A program made the position numbers and the translations under genes. The notes beneath the pieces are model-generated. The model made no database searches. It was not told where the DNA came from and saw only the letters and a program-made list of their open reading frames with translations. From positions 128,001 through 192,000 of the forward strand of contig CAVYSY010000033.1 of assembly GCA_963771175.1 (NCBI GenBank): DNA of 64,000 bases, written 5' to 3'. The stretch is from an uncultured delta proteobacterium (GTDB lineage: Bacteria > Myxococcota > Myxococcia > Myxococcales > Myxococcaceae). Every line of letters starts with the position of its first letter. Position 1 is the first letter of the stretch. Below, piece by piece: positions 39,841-48,837 of the stretch.

Positions 39841-42199
39841 ATGCGTCAAGTCCTCTTCCGTGCCAAGGAACTGCTCCGACGCCCCCCGGTGCTGGTGCTC
39901 GCCGGGGCCCTGGCTGGGGGGGGAGCGGCGCTCGTCCTCCTGCCCCTCTTCGGAGTGCCCGGCTTCGAACTGGGCCTCACCCTGTCCATCGCCATGGGCC
40001 TGCTCGGTGGGGGGGTAGGCATCGCCGCGGTGCATCAGGAGCGCCGCCTCCGGGCCGGGCAGGACGCCCCGGCCACTGGGACGGCCCCCTCCGAAGGCCC
40101 CTCGCGCGTGGCCTGGAGGGCCCTCGCCCCCGCCCTGCTCATCAATCTGGCCGTGCTGGTGCCCCCCTTCCTCGCCGCCACCCTCTACTCCCTGGTCGGC
40201 ACCCGGTGCGACCCCTTCGCCCTGGTGGGCTTCTACCCCCTGCTCACCCTCCCCTCGGCGGTGCTGGCCGCCGTCGTGGGCGTCTTCTGCGGCTTCGCCA
40301 CCCGGCGCTTCGGCCGGGCCGTCCTGCTCTACGTGGGGCTTGCTCCTCCTCTCGGGCGTGGGCACCGGCTGGCCCATCGTCTTCGGGCCCCAGGTCTACG
40401 CCTTCAACCACTTCCTCGGGCACCTGCCGGGCCCCCTCTACGACGAGGCGCTGGCCGTCTCCTCCGCCCTCCTCTGGTTCCGGCTGGAGACGCTGCTGCT
40501 GGCCCTCGCTGTCTTCGCCCTCACCGCCCTCTCGCTCGACCCGGCCGGGGAGCGCCTGGGCCGCCCCCGGTCGCGCGTCGGGCCGCTCGTCCTCCTGGGC
40601 CTCGTCACCGCCCCCATCGTCCTCCTCGAGGCCCACGCCACCGAGCTGGGCCTGCGGATGACGGACGAGGCCCTCATGGCGAGGCTCGGCGGGGTGCGCG
40701 ACACCGAGCACTTCCAGCTCATCTACCCCCGCGGCAAGCCCCGCGAGGAGGTGGACCGGATGGCCCGGGACATCGAGTTCCGCTACGCCCAGCTCTCGAA
40801 GTTCCTCGGCGGAGCCCCCGAGGGCCCCATCCGCGTGTGGCTGTACCGCACGGACGAGGAGAAGCAGGCGCTGGTGGGCGCCGGTCGCACCCAGTTCGCC
40901 AAGCCCTGGCGCCAGGAGCTCCACATCAACGGGCGCGACTTCCCCCACCCCACCCTCAAGCACGAGCTGGCGCACGTGATGGCGGGCCCCGCGGGGAGCT
41001 GGCCCTTCCGCGTCACCACCCGGCTGGGCGTCTGGCCCCTCATGGGCGTCATCGAGGGCATGGCGGTGGCCGCCGACAACCCCGTCCAGGGAGACCTCAC
41101 CCTGCACGAGTGGGCCGCCGGCATGCGCAAGCAGAAGCTCGCCCCGGACATCCGCAAGCTGGTGGGCCCCGAGGGCTTCTACCAGTCCGCCCCCGCCCGC
41201 GCGTACACCCTGGTGGGCTCCTTCCTGCACCACCTCGCCGACACCTACGGCCCGGAGAAGCTGCGCGCCCTCTACGCCCATGCCGACTTCGAGGCCGCCT
41301 ACGGCCGCTCGCTGGACTCGCTCGCCACCGAGTGGGAGCAGCACCTGGACTCGCTTCCCCTGGACGAGGCCACGGTGAGCCGCGCCTTCGAGCGCTTCCG
41401 CACCGGCAGCCTCTTTTCCCGCGCCTGCGCTCGCGAGGTGGCCCTCCTCCAGGAGGAGGCCCGCGACTACCTCGCGAGCGATCCCCAGCAGGCGCTCGAG
41501 CTGTACCAGCGCGCCGCCCGCCTCCAGCCCCAGGAGCCCTCCTACCTGCTGGGAGAGGCCACCGCGTTGGACCGGCTGGAGCGCGCGGACGAGGCCGCCC
41601 AGGTGCTGGAGACGCTGGCCGAGCAGGTGAAGGGGCAGCCCTCGCTGGAGGCGGAGGTGGCCCTGGCCCAGGCGGACGTGGCCTCGCGCAAGGGCAACGC
41701 GGAGCAGGCGCGGGCCTTCCTCGACCGGGTGCTCGCGCTCGACCCCAGCCCCGAGACGACGCGCACCGCCCAGGTGAAGCGCGCCGCTCTGGACTCCGAG
41801 GCCCGCGCCGGCCCCATCCAGGCCTACTTCCGGGAGACGCACGAGGAGCTGCGCCTGCTGCGGCTCGCCACCGCCCTGGAGACCACGCCGAAGGACCCCT
41901 ACCTCCACTACCTGCTCGGTCGGCGGCTGCTCCAGGTGGACGCCCCCGCCCTGGCCCTGCCGCACCTCTCCCAGGCCCTGGAGGGCGAGCTGCCCGAGGC
42001 CATCCGCCGCGAGGCCCTCCGCCTCCGGGTGCAGGCCGCCTACCTGGCCGGGGACTGCGGTGCGGTGCGCCACGAGGCGGGCGCGCTGCCGGACTTCGGC
42101 CCCGCCTTCCGCGCGGTGGCCACCGAGTGGGTGGAGCGCTGCGATTTCGAGGACGGCCACTTTCGTGGTCCCCTGGTGCCCCGCGACGCTTTCCGATAA
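39841..42199 (+). CDS. Multi-TM protein with HExxH metallopeptidase-like domain and TPRs (indel near 40340)
   Basis: About 6-7 TM helices, then LKHELAHV..IEGMA gluzincin-like motif and helical repeats; ORFs 39841- and 40340-42199 join. Confidence 0.75.
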
Positions 42200-42279
42200 A
42201 CGCGCCGCCCGCCCTTCCCCGCGGCACGGGGAATGCAACCGTCTCCCATGCGGTTGCCCCTTCACGGAGATCCACGACC

Positions 42280-42744
42280 ATGAACGCCCGTCTGCTCCTC
42301 GCCTGTGCCACCCTGCTGCTCGCGGCCTGCGCCCCCCGCAACATCCCGGGGACGAAGATTCCCGACACGGAGGACGCCCGCGCCATCCTCAACGTGATGG
42401 AGCACTACCGCTCCGCCATCGAGGCACGCGACGCCAAGGCCCTCCAGCTGCTCGTCTCGAAGTCCTTCCGGGACAACGCCGGCACCGAGGACCCCCAGGA
42501 CGACCTGACCCACGACAACCTGCCCCAGGCGCTCCCCGCCCTCTTCTCCCGGCTGGACACGCCCCGGGTGGAGCTGGACATCCGCCAGGTGAGCGTGAAG
42601 AACGGCGCCGCCACCGTCATCTACTACTGGAACGCGAGCTTCCGGGTGCCGTCGCTGCTCGAGACGCCCCAGCGTGACTCCGAGCTGGAGCAGATGGTCC
42701 TCCAGAGGGAGGGCGATCAGTGGCTCATCGTCTCCGGCATCTGA
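42280..42744 (+). CDS. NTF2-like (DUF4440/SnoaL) lipoprotein
   Basis: Lipobox LLAAC; YRSAIEARD..LVSKSFRD, REGDQWLIVSG. Confidence 0.8.
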   Translation: MNARLLLACATLLLAACAPRNIPGTKIPDTEDARAILNVMEHYRSAIEARDAKALQLLVSKSFRDNAGTEDPQDDLTHDNLPQALPALFSRLDTPRVELDIRQVSVKNGAATVIYYWNASFRVPSLLETPQRDSELEQMVLQREGDQWLIVSGI

Positions 42745-42768
42745 GCCGCTGAGAGCCGCCGCGCGCGC

Positions 42769-43740
42769 TCACACTCCGGCGAGCGCGCGCAGGCCCCCGG
42801 CCCCCATCTGAGCCAGGGCTCGAGCCCGGGCCAGGTAGGTGCGGAAGTCCTTCGGTGCCAATTTGTCAGGCGGCAGCCCCGAGAGGTGGAAGTCGCGGAT
42901 GCGGCTGGCGGTGTAACGCACCGCCCCGAAGAGCGCGTGGCCGAAGAGGTCCTCCCGCTCCACCGGGACCAGCGAGCGCTCCACCTGGTAGCCGCGCAGC
43001 AGCGCCCGGCACAGCTCCGGCCGGTACGCCCCGTTGTCGAAGCACCACGCGTTGAGGGTGATGGCCACGTCCAGCCCGTACGCGTCCCGGCACGCCATCT
43101 CGAAGTCGAAGAGCGCGCTCACCCGGTCCCCCAGCCACTTCACGTTGTCCATGAAGAGGTCCGCGTGGATGACGCCGCGCGGAGCCAGCCCCCCGCGCTC
43201 CTGCTCGGCCCGCTCCAGGTAGCCCTGCAGCTCGAGGGCGATGGCGGACAGCTCCGCGTCCGGGTGCTGGCGCAGCCCCTCCAGCCAGCCGCGCACCACC
43301 TCGGGGCCGTAGGGGTTGGTGCGCGAGCCCCCGAAGGACAGGGTGACGCGGTGTAGCTTGCCCAGCTCCATCCCCAGGCCCTCGAGGTGCTCGGGGGTGA
43401 GCTGCGCGCGGGTGAGCTCCTCGCCCGGCAGCCACGCGAAGACGCTCACCCGGCCCCCCTCCATCTCCAGGAAGGGCTGGCCCTCGCGCGTGGAGACGAG
43501 CCGCGGCGCGGGGACGTGGGACTCGTTGAGCAGCGCCAGCAGCTCCGCCTCGAAGCGCAAATCCGCCGCCGAGCGCACCGTGGTGTGCCGCACGAAGTAG
43601 CGCCCGGAGGCCGTCACCAGCCGGTAGTTGGAGTTGATGGAGCCCTGGGGGATGCCCGCGAACTCGCGCGCGGGTCCCAATCCGTAGGCCTCCGAGAGCC
43701 GGGTGAAGGCCGAAGTGTCGAGTGTGGTGTAGAGCGCCAT
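42769..43740 (-). CDS. thrB: Homoserine kinase type II (APH-like fold)
   Basis: MALYTTL, GIPQGSINSNY, GVIHADLFMDNV, LFDFEMAC, KDFRTY. Confidence 0.88.
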   Translation of the reverse strand: MALYTTLDTSAFTRLSEAYGLGPAREFAGIPQGSINSNYRLVTASGRYFVRHTTVRSAADLRFEAELLALLNESHVPAPRLVSTREGQPFLEMEGGRVSVFAWLPGEELTRAQLTPEHLEGLGMELGKLHRVTLSFGGSRTNPYGPEVVRGWLEGLRQHPDAELSAIALELQGYLERAEQERGGLAPRGVIHADLFMDNVKWLGDRVSALFDFEMACRDAYGLDVAITLNAWCFDNGAYRPELCRALLRGYQVERSLVPVEREDLFGHALFGAVRYTASRIRDFHLSGLPPDKLAPKDFRTYLARARALAQMGAGGLRALAGV

Positions 43741-43889
43741 GGATGATGTCCTCCGGGGAACGACTCGCCGCCCCGCGCCGGCCGCCCCGCGTTGACGCCC
43801 CGAGGCACCAGACCTAACTACGAACGGCCCCATCGTCTCATTCATAAACGTCCGAAACCATTCAAATTTCAGCTTCGGAGGCGCCCTCC

Positions 43890-45485
43890 ATGGCCGCGAA
43901 GGATGGAAGCAACGGCGGGCAGCGGGACTGGAGGAGGAGGGAGAGCCTGACGAGCGCGCTCGTGCAGGTAGGGGTGGTGGCGGTGCTGCTGGCGGGCGCG
44001 GTGACGTACGTGGTGCACCGGGGCTCGGTGCGGCAGCAGACGGATGCGCGGATGAAGGCAGCGCGGACGGCGGCCCAGCGCGACAACCCGGCGGACCTGC
44101 GCAAGGCGCTGACGGAGCTGGAGGCCCTCTTCCAGCTCGACGCGGACGTGCGCGACGCCCAGGCGCTGGCGGCGGACGTGAACACGCGACTGTGGCTGGA
44201 GTACCGCCAGCCCGAGTCCGAGGCCCGGGCCCGCGAGCACCTCGCGCGCGCCGAGGCGTTGGACTCGCGCTCGGGCGAGCGCTACGGGGCCAAGGCCCTG
44301 CTGCTGCTCGCCGAGGGTAAGTCCGCCGAGGCGGAGAAGTACCTGGAGGAGCTGAAGACACAGGGGGCCAAGAGCCCCAGGCTGTCGCTCGCGGAGGCGA
44401 AGCTGCTGCTGGAGCGAGGACGGCTCTCGGATGCACGACTGGCCTTCTCGCGGGCGAGCGAGGCCGCCTGGAGGGAGCCGCGCTACCCCGTGGCCCATGG
44501 TGAGGCCCTGCTCGACGAGGGCATGTACGCCCAGGCCGCCGAGGCGATGAAGAAGGCACTGGCGGCGAACCCGGATCATCTGCGGGCGAGGCTCTCGCTG
44601 ACGCTCGCCCGGCTGTACCAGGGCGAGGGCCGGGAGGAGGCCGCCAAGGTCGTCTCCGAGATGCTGTCACGCGAGGCCGAGCTCGGCCCGGCGCTGAAGG
44701 CCCGCCTACGAGTGGTCCAGGCCGCCCTGGCGCTGGCGGAGGGACGCGCGGACGAGGCCCAGAAAGCCGCCGAGGAGTCTCTCGCCGCCGTTCCGGACGA
44801 GCACCATGCCCTCTTCGTCCGAGCGCGGGCACTGGCCCTGAAGAAGGACCCGGGCGCGCGCGCGGCCTTTCAGGAGGCGGTGGCGAAGCATCGGACGGCC
44901 CCCCTCCTCTATCTGGATGGCGCCCGGGCGCTGCAGCAGGCGGGAGATGGCGAGGGCGCCCTGGCGCTGCTGGACGCCTACGAGGCCGTCTTTCGCGACG
45001 TGCGGGTGGCCGCTCCCGAGGGAAAGACGGTGGGCGCGCTGGAGCGGGACGAGCGGTACTGGCTGGCGCGGGGCAACGTGATGGAGGCGCTGGGCCGCGC
45101 GGACGACGCGATGGGCGCCTATGACAAGGCCATGGCGGTGAAGGGCGTGGGCCTGGCGCGCGCGCAGTACGCGAAGGCGGTGCTGCTGATGGCGCGCAAG
45201 GACTACGACGGCGCCCAACCGCTGCTGACCGAGGTGGCGCCGGAGAACGGCATGGGCGCCATGCCCGAGGCCTACGAGGCCCTCGGCGACCTGCTCTTCG
45301 CTCGGGGCGAGTACGCCAACGGGTGCCAGCGCTACTTCCTCGGGCTGACCCGCGCGCGGCTCCAGGGGGCGCCGCTCGAGACGCTGAAGGCGAAGGCCTC
45401 GGACGTGGAGAAGCGCCTGACGGCCGCGGGACAGCCCTCCATGGCCAAGGCGTGGAAGACCGAGGCGGAGGCGATGCTGCGGTAG
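43890..45485 (+). CDS. Membrane-anchored tetratricopeptide repeat protein
   Basis: Single N-terminal TM followed by Ala/Leu-rich TPR-like repeats. Confidence 0.8.
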   Translation: MAAKDGSNGGQRDWRRRESLTSALVQVGVVAVLLAGAVTYVVHRGSVRQQTDARMKAARTAAQRDNPADLRKALTELEALFQLDADVRDAQALAADVNTRLWLEYRQPESEARAREHLARAEALDSRSGERYGAKALLLLAEGKSAEAEKYLEELKTQGAKSPRLSLAEAKLLLERGRLSDARLAFSRASEAAWREPRYPVAHGEALLDEGMYAQAAEAMKKALAANPDHLRARLSLTLARLYQGEGREEAAKVVSEMLSREAELGPALKARLRVVQAALALAEGRADEAQKAAEESLAAVPDEHHALFVRARALALKKDPGARAAFQEAVAKHRTAPLLYLDGARALQQAGDGEGALALLDAYEAVFRDVRVAAPEGKTVGALERDERYWLARGNVMEALGRADDAMGAYDKAMAVKGVGLARAQYAKAVLLMARKDYDGAQPLLTEVAPENGMGAMPEAYEALGDLLFARGEYANGCQRYFLGLTRARLQGAPLETLKAKASDVEKRLTAAGQPSMAKAWKTEAEAMLR

Positions 45486-45526
45486 GGAATTCCGCGGGCG
45501 CGAAGTCCAGACGGGGGGAAGACGAT

Positions 45527-46942
45527 ATGGCTTTGGACCGGGCAGGGGTTCCCTGGCTCACACCAGTTCTGCTTGCCGCGGGCGTGGCATGGCTGCTGCT
45601 TGATGTGCTCACCCCCCGCGCCATCTTCATCCCGCCCGACGGGTGGATGTACTGGCAGGCCTCGGTGAACCTGCTCGAGGGCCACGGCTACCAGGACTTC
45701 CGAGGCGTCCCGCTCATCTGGTGGCCGCCGCTGTACGCCGCGTTCCTCGCCGGGTGGCAAGCGCTCTGGGGCGTCTCCGGAACAGCGCTCGTGCATGCGA
45801 ACAAAGCGCTGGCCGCCGTGGCCGCGGCGGGCTGGGTCTCCCTGTACGTGACCACGCGTCAGGCGGAGGGGGAGCGCATCAGCCGGAAGGAATGGCCCGA
45901 GCTCGCCCTGGTCCTGCTCTTCGCGGCCCTGGCGGTGGCCAGCACCTGTAACGGCGTGCTGGCCAACAACCTCGTCCACGCCCTGGTGCCGTTCGCCCTC
46001 GCGAGCGCTGTCTCGCTCACGACCGCCGCCTCTTCGGCGAGCCTCCTGCGGCGGGCCGCGGCCCTGACCTTGCTCGGAGCCGCGCTGATGCTCACGCACA
46101 ACTCGAGTCTGACGCTCCTGCCGCCGCTGAGCCTGTCGGCCCTGCTGGCCCGCGGAGGGACCCGCACCACCCGCTGGGCCGCGGCGGCGCTCGTTTCGGT
46201 CGTGCCCCTGGGGATGTGGCTGGCCGTACGTCGGGCCCTCGGACTCTTCTCGAGCCACACCCTCGGCTGGGGAGCCTCGCCCCTGACGCCGCTGGAGCAT
46301 CTCGGGACTCTCACGCGGAGCGTGGGGGAGCTCCTCTTCACCACCTGGAGGGGACAGCACCTCCCCGTCCTGGTGGGTGTGCTCGGCTGTCTGGGGCTCC
46401 TCGTGGCGCGGGCCCGCCGGGAGCGAGGCCATTTCCCCGCCGAGGCGGTCCCCCTCTCCGTCACCCTGTTCGCCGCGGGGGCGCTCTTCCTCCTGTTCAA
46501 CCTGGTGCACCTGGAGAACGGGCTGGGACGCCGCTTCACCCTGTTCATTCCCCTGACGCTCGTGCCCTCACTGCTGGCGCTTCGACGTGCGGCGAAGGGC
46601 CCTCGATGGCTCGGGGCGCTCTCGCTGGCGCTGGCGGTGCTGGCCACCGTCTCGGCGGGGTACCGGTATGTCGAATCGCTGCGGGCCTCGCGGCGCGTCA
46701 CGCCGTTCGAGCCGGCCCACTGGCAGGAGCAGGCGAGTGCCCTCGCCTACCGGGAGCTGACCCTCACCCCGGGCTACCTGGAAGGGCCCGTCACGGAGAA
46801 GGGACAGCAGTGGCTCGTGCCGCCACCGCGCGTGGCCTGGTACGAGCGGGACTTCCAGCGCGCCCTGAGCAGGAACCAGGGCACCGCGGAACCGGGGCCA
46901 CCCCTCTCGGCCACGCAGCGGGACGAGGCCCCGCTGCCCTGA
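45527..46942 (+). CDS. Polytopic membrane protein, GT-C (ArnT/PMT-like) glycosyltransferase candidate
   Basis: First loop PPDGWMYWQASVNLLEGHGY..WPPLY followed by about 10 TM segments. Confidence 0.55.
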   Translation: MALDRAGVPWLTPVLLAAGVAWLLLDVLTPRAIFIPPDGWMYWQASVNLLEGHGYQDFRGVPLIWWPPLYAAFLAGWQALWGVSGTALVHANKALAAVAAAGWVSLYVTTRQAEGERISRKEWPELALVLLFAALAVASTCNGVLANNLVHALVPFALASAVSLTTAASSASLLRRAAALTLLGAALMLTHNSSLTLLPPLSLSALLARGGTRTTRWAAAALVSVVPLGMWLAVRRALGLFSSHTLGWGASPLTPLEHLGTLTRSVGELLFTTWRGQHLPVLVGVLGCLGLLVARARRERGHFPAEAVPLSVTLFAAGALFLLFNLVHLENGLGRRFTLFIPLTLVPSLLALRRAAKGPRWLGALSLALAVLATVSAGYRYVESLRASRRVTPFEPAHWQEQASALAYRELTLTPGYLEGPVTEKGQQWLVPPPRVAWYERDFQRALSRNQGTAEPGPPLSATQRDEAPLP

Positions 46943-46946
46943 CGCC

Positions 46947-47438
46947 TCAGAACAGCTCGGTCGGGCTCAGCGAGCGGTGGCGGGCCTGGATGATGCGCCA
47001 CTCGCCATCGCCCTGCTTCTCGAACGTCCCCTCGATGAGGTAGGCGCTCAGCACGCTCTCCTGCGCGAGGTTCTCGAGTTGGTCCGCCTCGGAGCGGCCG
47101 AAGATGATCTTCATCTGCACGTCGCCGCGGGCGGGGTTCACCTCGGTCACGGACAGGTCCTTCACGAAGACGCGGACCCAGCTCCCGCGCAGCACCTGAC
47201 CCACCAGCACGCCCTTCACCTGCTGCTTGTTCCACCCCTCGCCGGACTGGAAGTTGTCGGAGACGCCCTCCATCAGCTCCGCCATGTCCTTGCGCTCGGC
47301 GGCGTCGGTCATCTTCACGACCTGGCGGGTGATGGCCTCCTTCACCCCGGGCTCCTCCCGGGGCCAGAAGGCCAGCACCGCCCCCGCGGCCAGCAACGCC
47401 ATCACCAGCCCCAGCACATGCACTCTCGACAGCGTCAT
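46947..47438 (-). CDS. NTF2-like membrane-anchored protein
   Basis: N-terminal TM; AAERKDMAELMEGVSDNF, GEWRIIQA. Confidence 0.75.
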   Translation of the reverse strand: MTLSRVHVLGLVMALLAAGAVLAFWPREEPGVKEAITRQVVKMTDAAERKDMAELMEGVSDNFQSGEGWNKQQVKGVLVGQVLRGSWVRVFVKDLSVTEVNPARGDVQMKIIFGRSEADQLENLAQESVLSAYLIEGTFEKQGDGEWRIIQARHRSLSPTELF

Positions 47439-47454
47439 CCGTCGCTCCCCGGCC

Positions 47455-48795
47455 TCACGCAGCCCCGGTGTCTTCGCTCTCCAACAACAGCTCGTCCGCG
47501 TCGATGATCTCCGCGGGCCGCAGCGCCTCGCCGATCTGCTTCAGCCGGCGATCCGAGAGCTGCTCCAGGTACTTCTTGATGTGCGGGTACGTCTTCACCA
47601 GCTCGTTGAAGGCCGAGCGATCCAGGAAGGACGTCGCCGTCTTGCGCTGGGACACCACGGTGGCCGTGGCGCGCAGGCCGGTGAGGAGGGAGATTTCGCC
47701 CGCCACCTCGCCCTCGCGCAGCATGCCCAGGCGCACGGTGCCGCCGGCCGGGTCGTCCTTCTGCACCACCAGCTCGCCCGCCAGCACCAGGAAGAGGCCC
47801 GGCGAGTGCTCGCCCTCCACCAGCACCTTCTCCCCGGGCTGCAGCGCGCGGAAGGAGAAGCGCTGCAGTAGCGCGTCCCGCTCGGACTCGGGCATGGGCT
47901 GGAACAGCGGCGAGGTGGCCATCAGGTTGCGCTCCATGCGCTTCTGCGCGAACGCGGCCAGCACCTGCGGCACCGAGGGGAAGCTCTTGGCCACCGCGTT
48001 GAGGTGCTCGCGGCGGATCTCGAACACCTCCATGTCCGAGACGGCGGTGACGGTGGCCGTGGGCGGAGTGCCCGTCAGCAGCGACAGCTCACCGAAGATG
48101 GAGCCACCCCCGAGGAAGCCCAGCGTCCGCTCCTCGCCCTCGACCCGCCGCGTCACCTCCGCCTTGCCGGCGACGATGACGTTCAGCCGATCCGAGGCAT
48201 CCCCCTCGGAGCTCACCACCTCCTCGGGCTTGATGCTCCGGTAGCCCATGCGGCCCACCAGGTCGATGAAGGCGTCGAGCTCCAGGTCCGCGAAGAGCGG
48301 CAGGGGCGGCCGGTCGCTCGGGTTGGCGGAGCCGCCCGGATCCGGCGCGGCGAGCACCTCGATGGCCCGGTCGCTCAGCTCCTCGCCGGACAAGCCCATC
48401 AGGTCCGTGTCCACCTTGCCGTCATAGAGCGTCTCGGGCGGCAGCGGCGGAGGCACCGAGGCGCGTCCGGCCACGTTGCGCGCCGCGCGCGCGTGCAGCC
48501 GGGCCAGCGTGTCCTTCAGCCGCCGCTCCTGGGGCGCCAGATCCAGCCCCAGCTTGCACGCCGCCATCGCGGACAGCAGGTAGTCGCGCCGCAGCAGGCC
48601 CTCCGCGCAGGCGTGGTACACGGTCACCGCCCGCTCGCGCTCTCCCAGCTCCGCCAGACACCGCGCGGCCAGCATCCGCGAGCGGTGGTCCTTCGGAAGC
48701 CGGCGCACCGCCTCGGCGAATACCGCGAGCGCTCGCTCGAACTGGCGATCCTCCAGGAGGTCCAACCCCAATTCCCGCAACGATGAGTCGTTCAT
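47455..48795 (-). CDS. TPR plus tandem cyclic-nucleotide-binding domain protein
   Basis: N-terminal TPR; FGELSLLTGTPPTATV and AGEISLLTGLRATATV. Confidence 0.9.
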   Translation of the reverse strand: MNDSSLRELGLDLLEDRQFERALAVFAEAVRRLPKDHRSRMLAARCLAELGERERAVTVYHACAEGLLRRDYLLSAMAACKLGLDLAPQERRLKDTLARLHARAARNVAGRASVPPPLPPETLYDGKVDTDLMGLSGEELSDRAIEVLAAPDPGGSANPSDRPPLPLFADLELDAFIDLVGRMGYRSIKPEEVVSSEGDASDRLNVIVAGKAEVTRRVEGEERTLGFLGGGSIFGELSLLTGTPPTATVTAVSDMEVFEIRREHLNAVAKSFPSVPQVLAAFAQKRMERNLMATSPLFQPMPESERDALLQRFSFRALQPGEKVLVEGEHSPGLFLVLAGELVVQKDDPAGGTVRLGMLREGEVAGEISLLTGLRATATVVSQRKTATSFLDRSAFNELVKTYPHIKKYLEQLSDRRLKQIGEALRPAEIIDADELLLESEDTGAA

Positions 48796-48837
48796 CCCTC
48801 TCCTCCACGAACCAATCGGGGTGACGCTATACCCCAC

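Noticed and set aside
39841..42744. 967-aa ORF fusing the membrane protein to the NTF2 lipoprotein
   Set aside because: The middle part is an off-frame read caused by the indel near 40340; the lipoprotein has its own RBS, start and lipobox at 42280.
42769..45630. 953-aa ORF suggesting a giant ThrB fusion
   Set aside because: The N-terminal ~630 aa is Pro/Arg-rich antisense of the TPR gene; the real start is MALYTT at 43740 with a GGAGG RBS.
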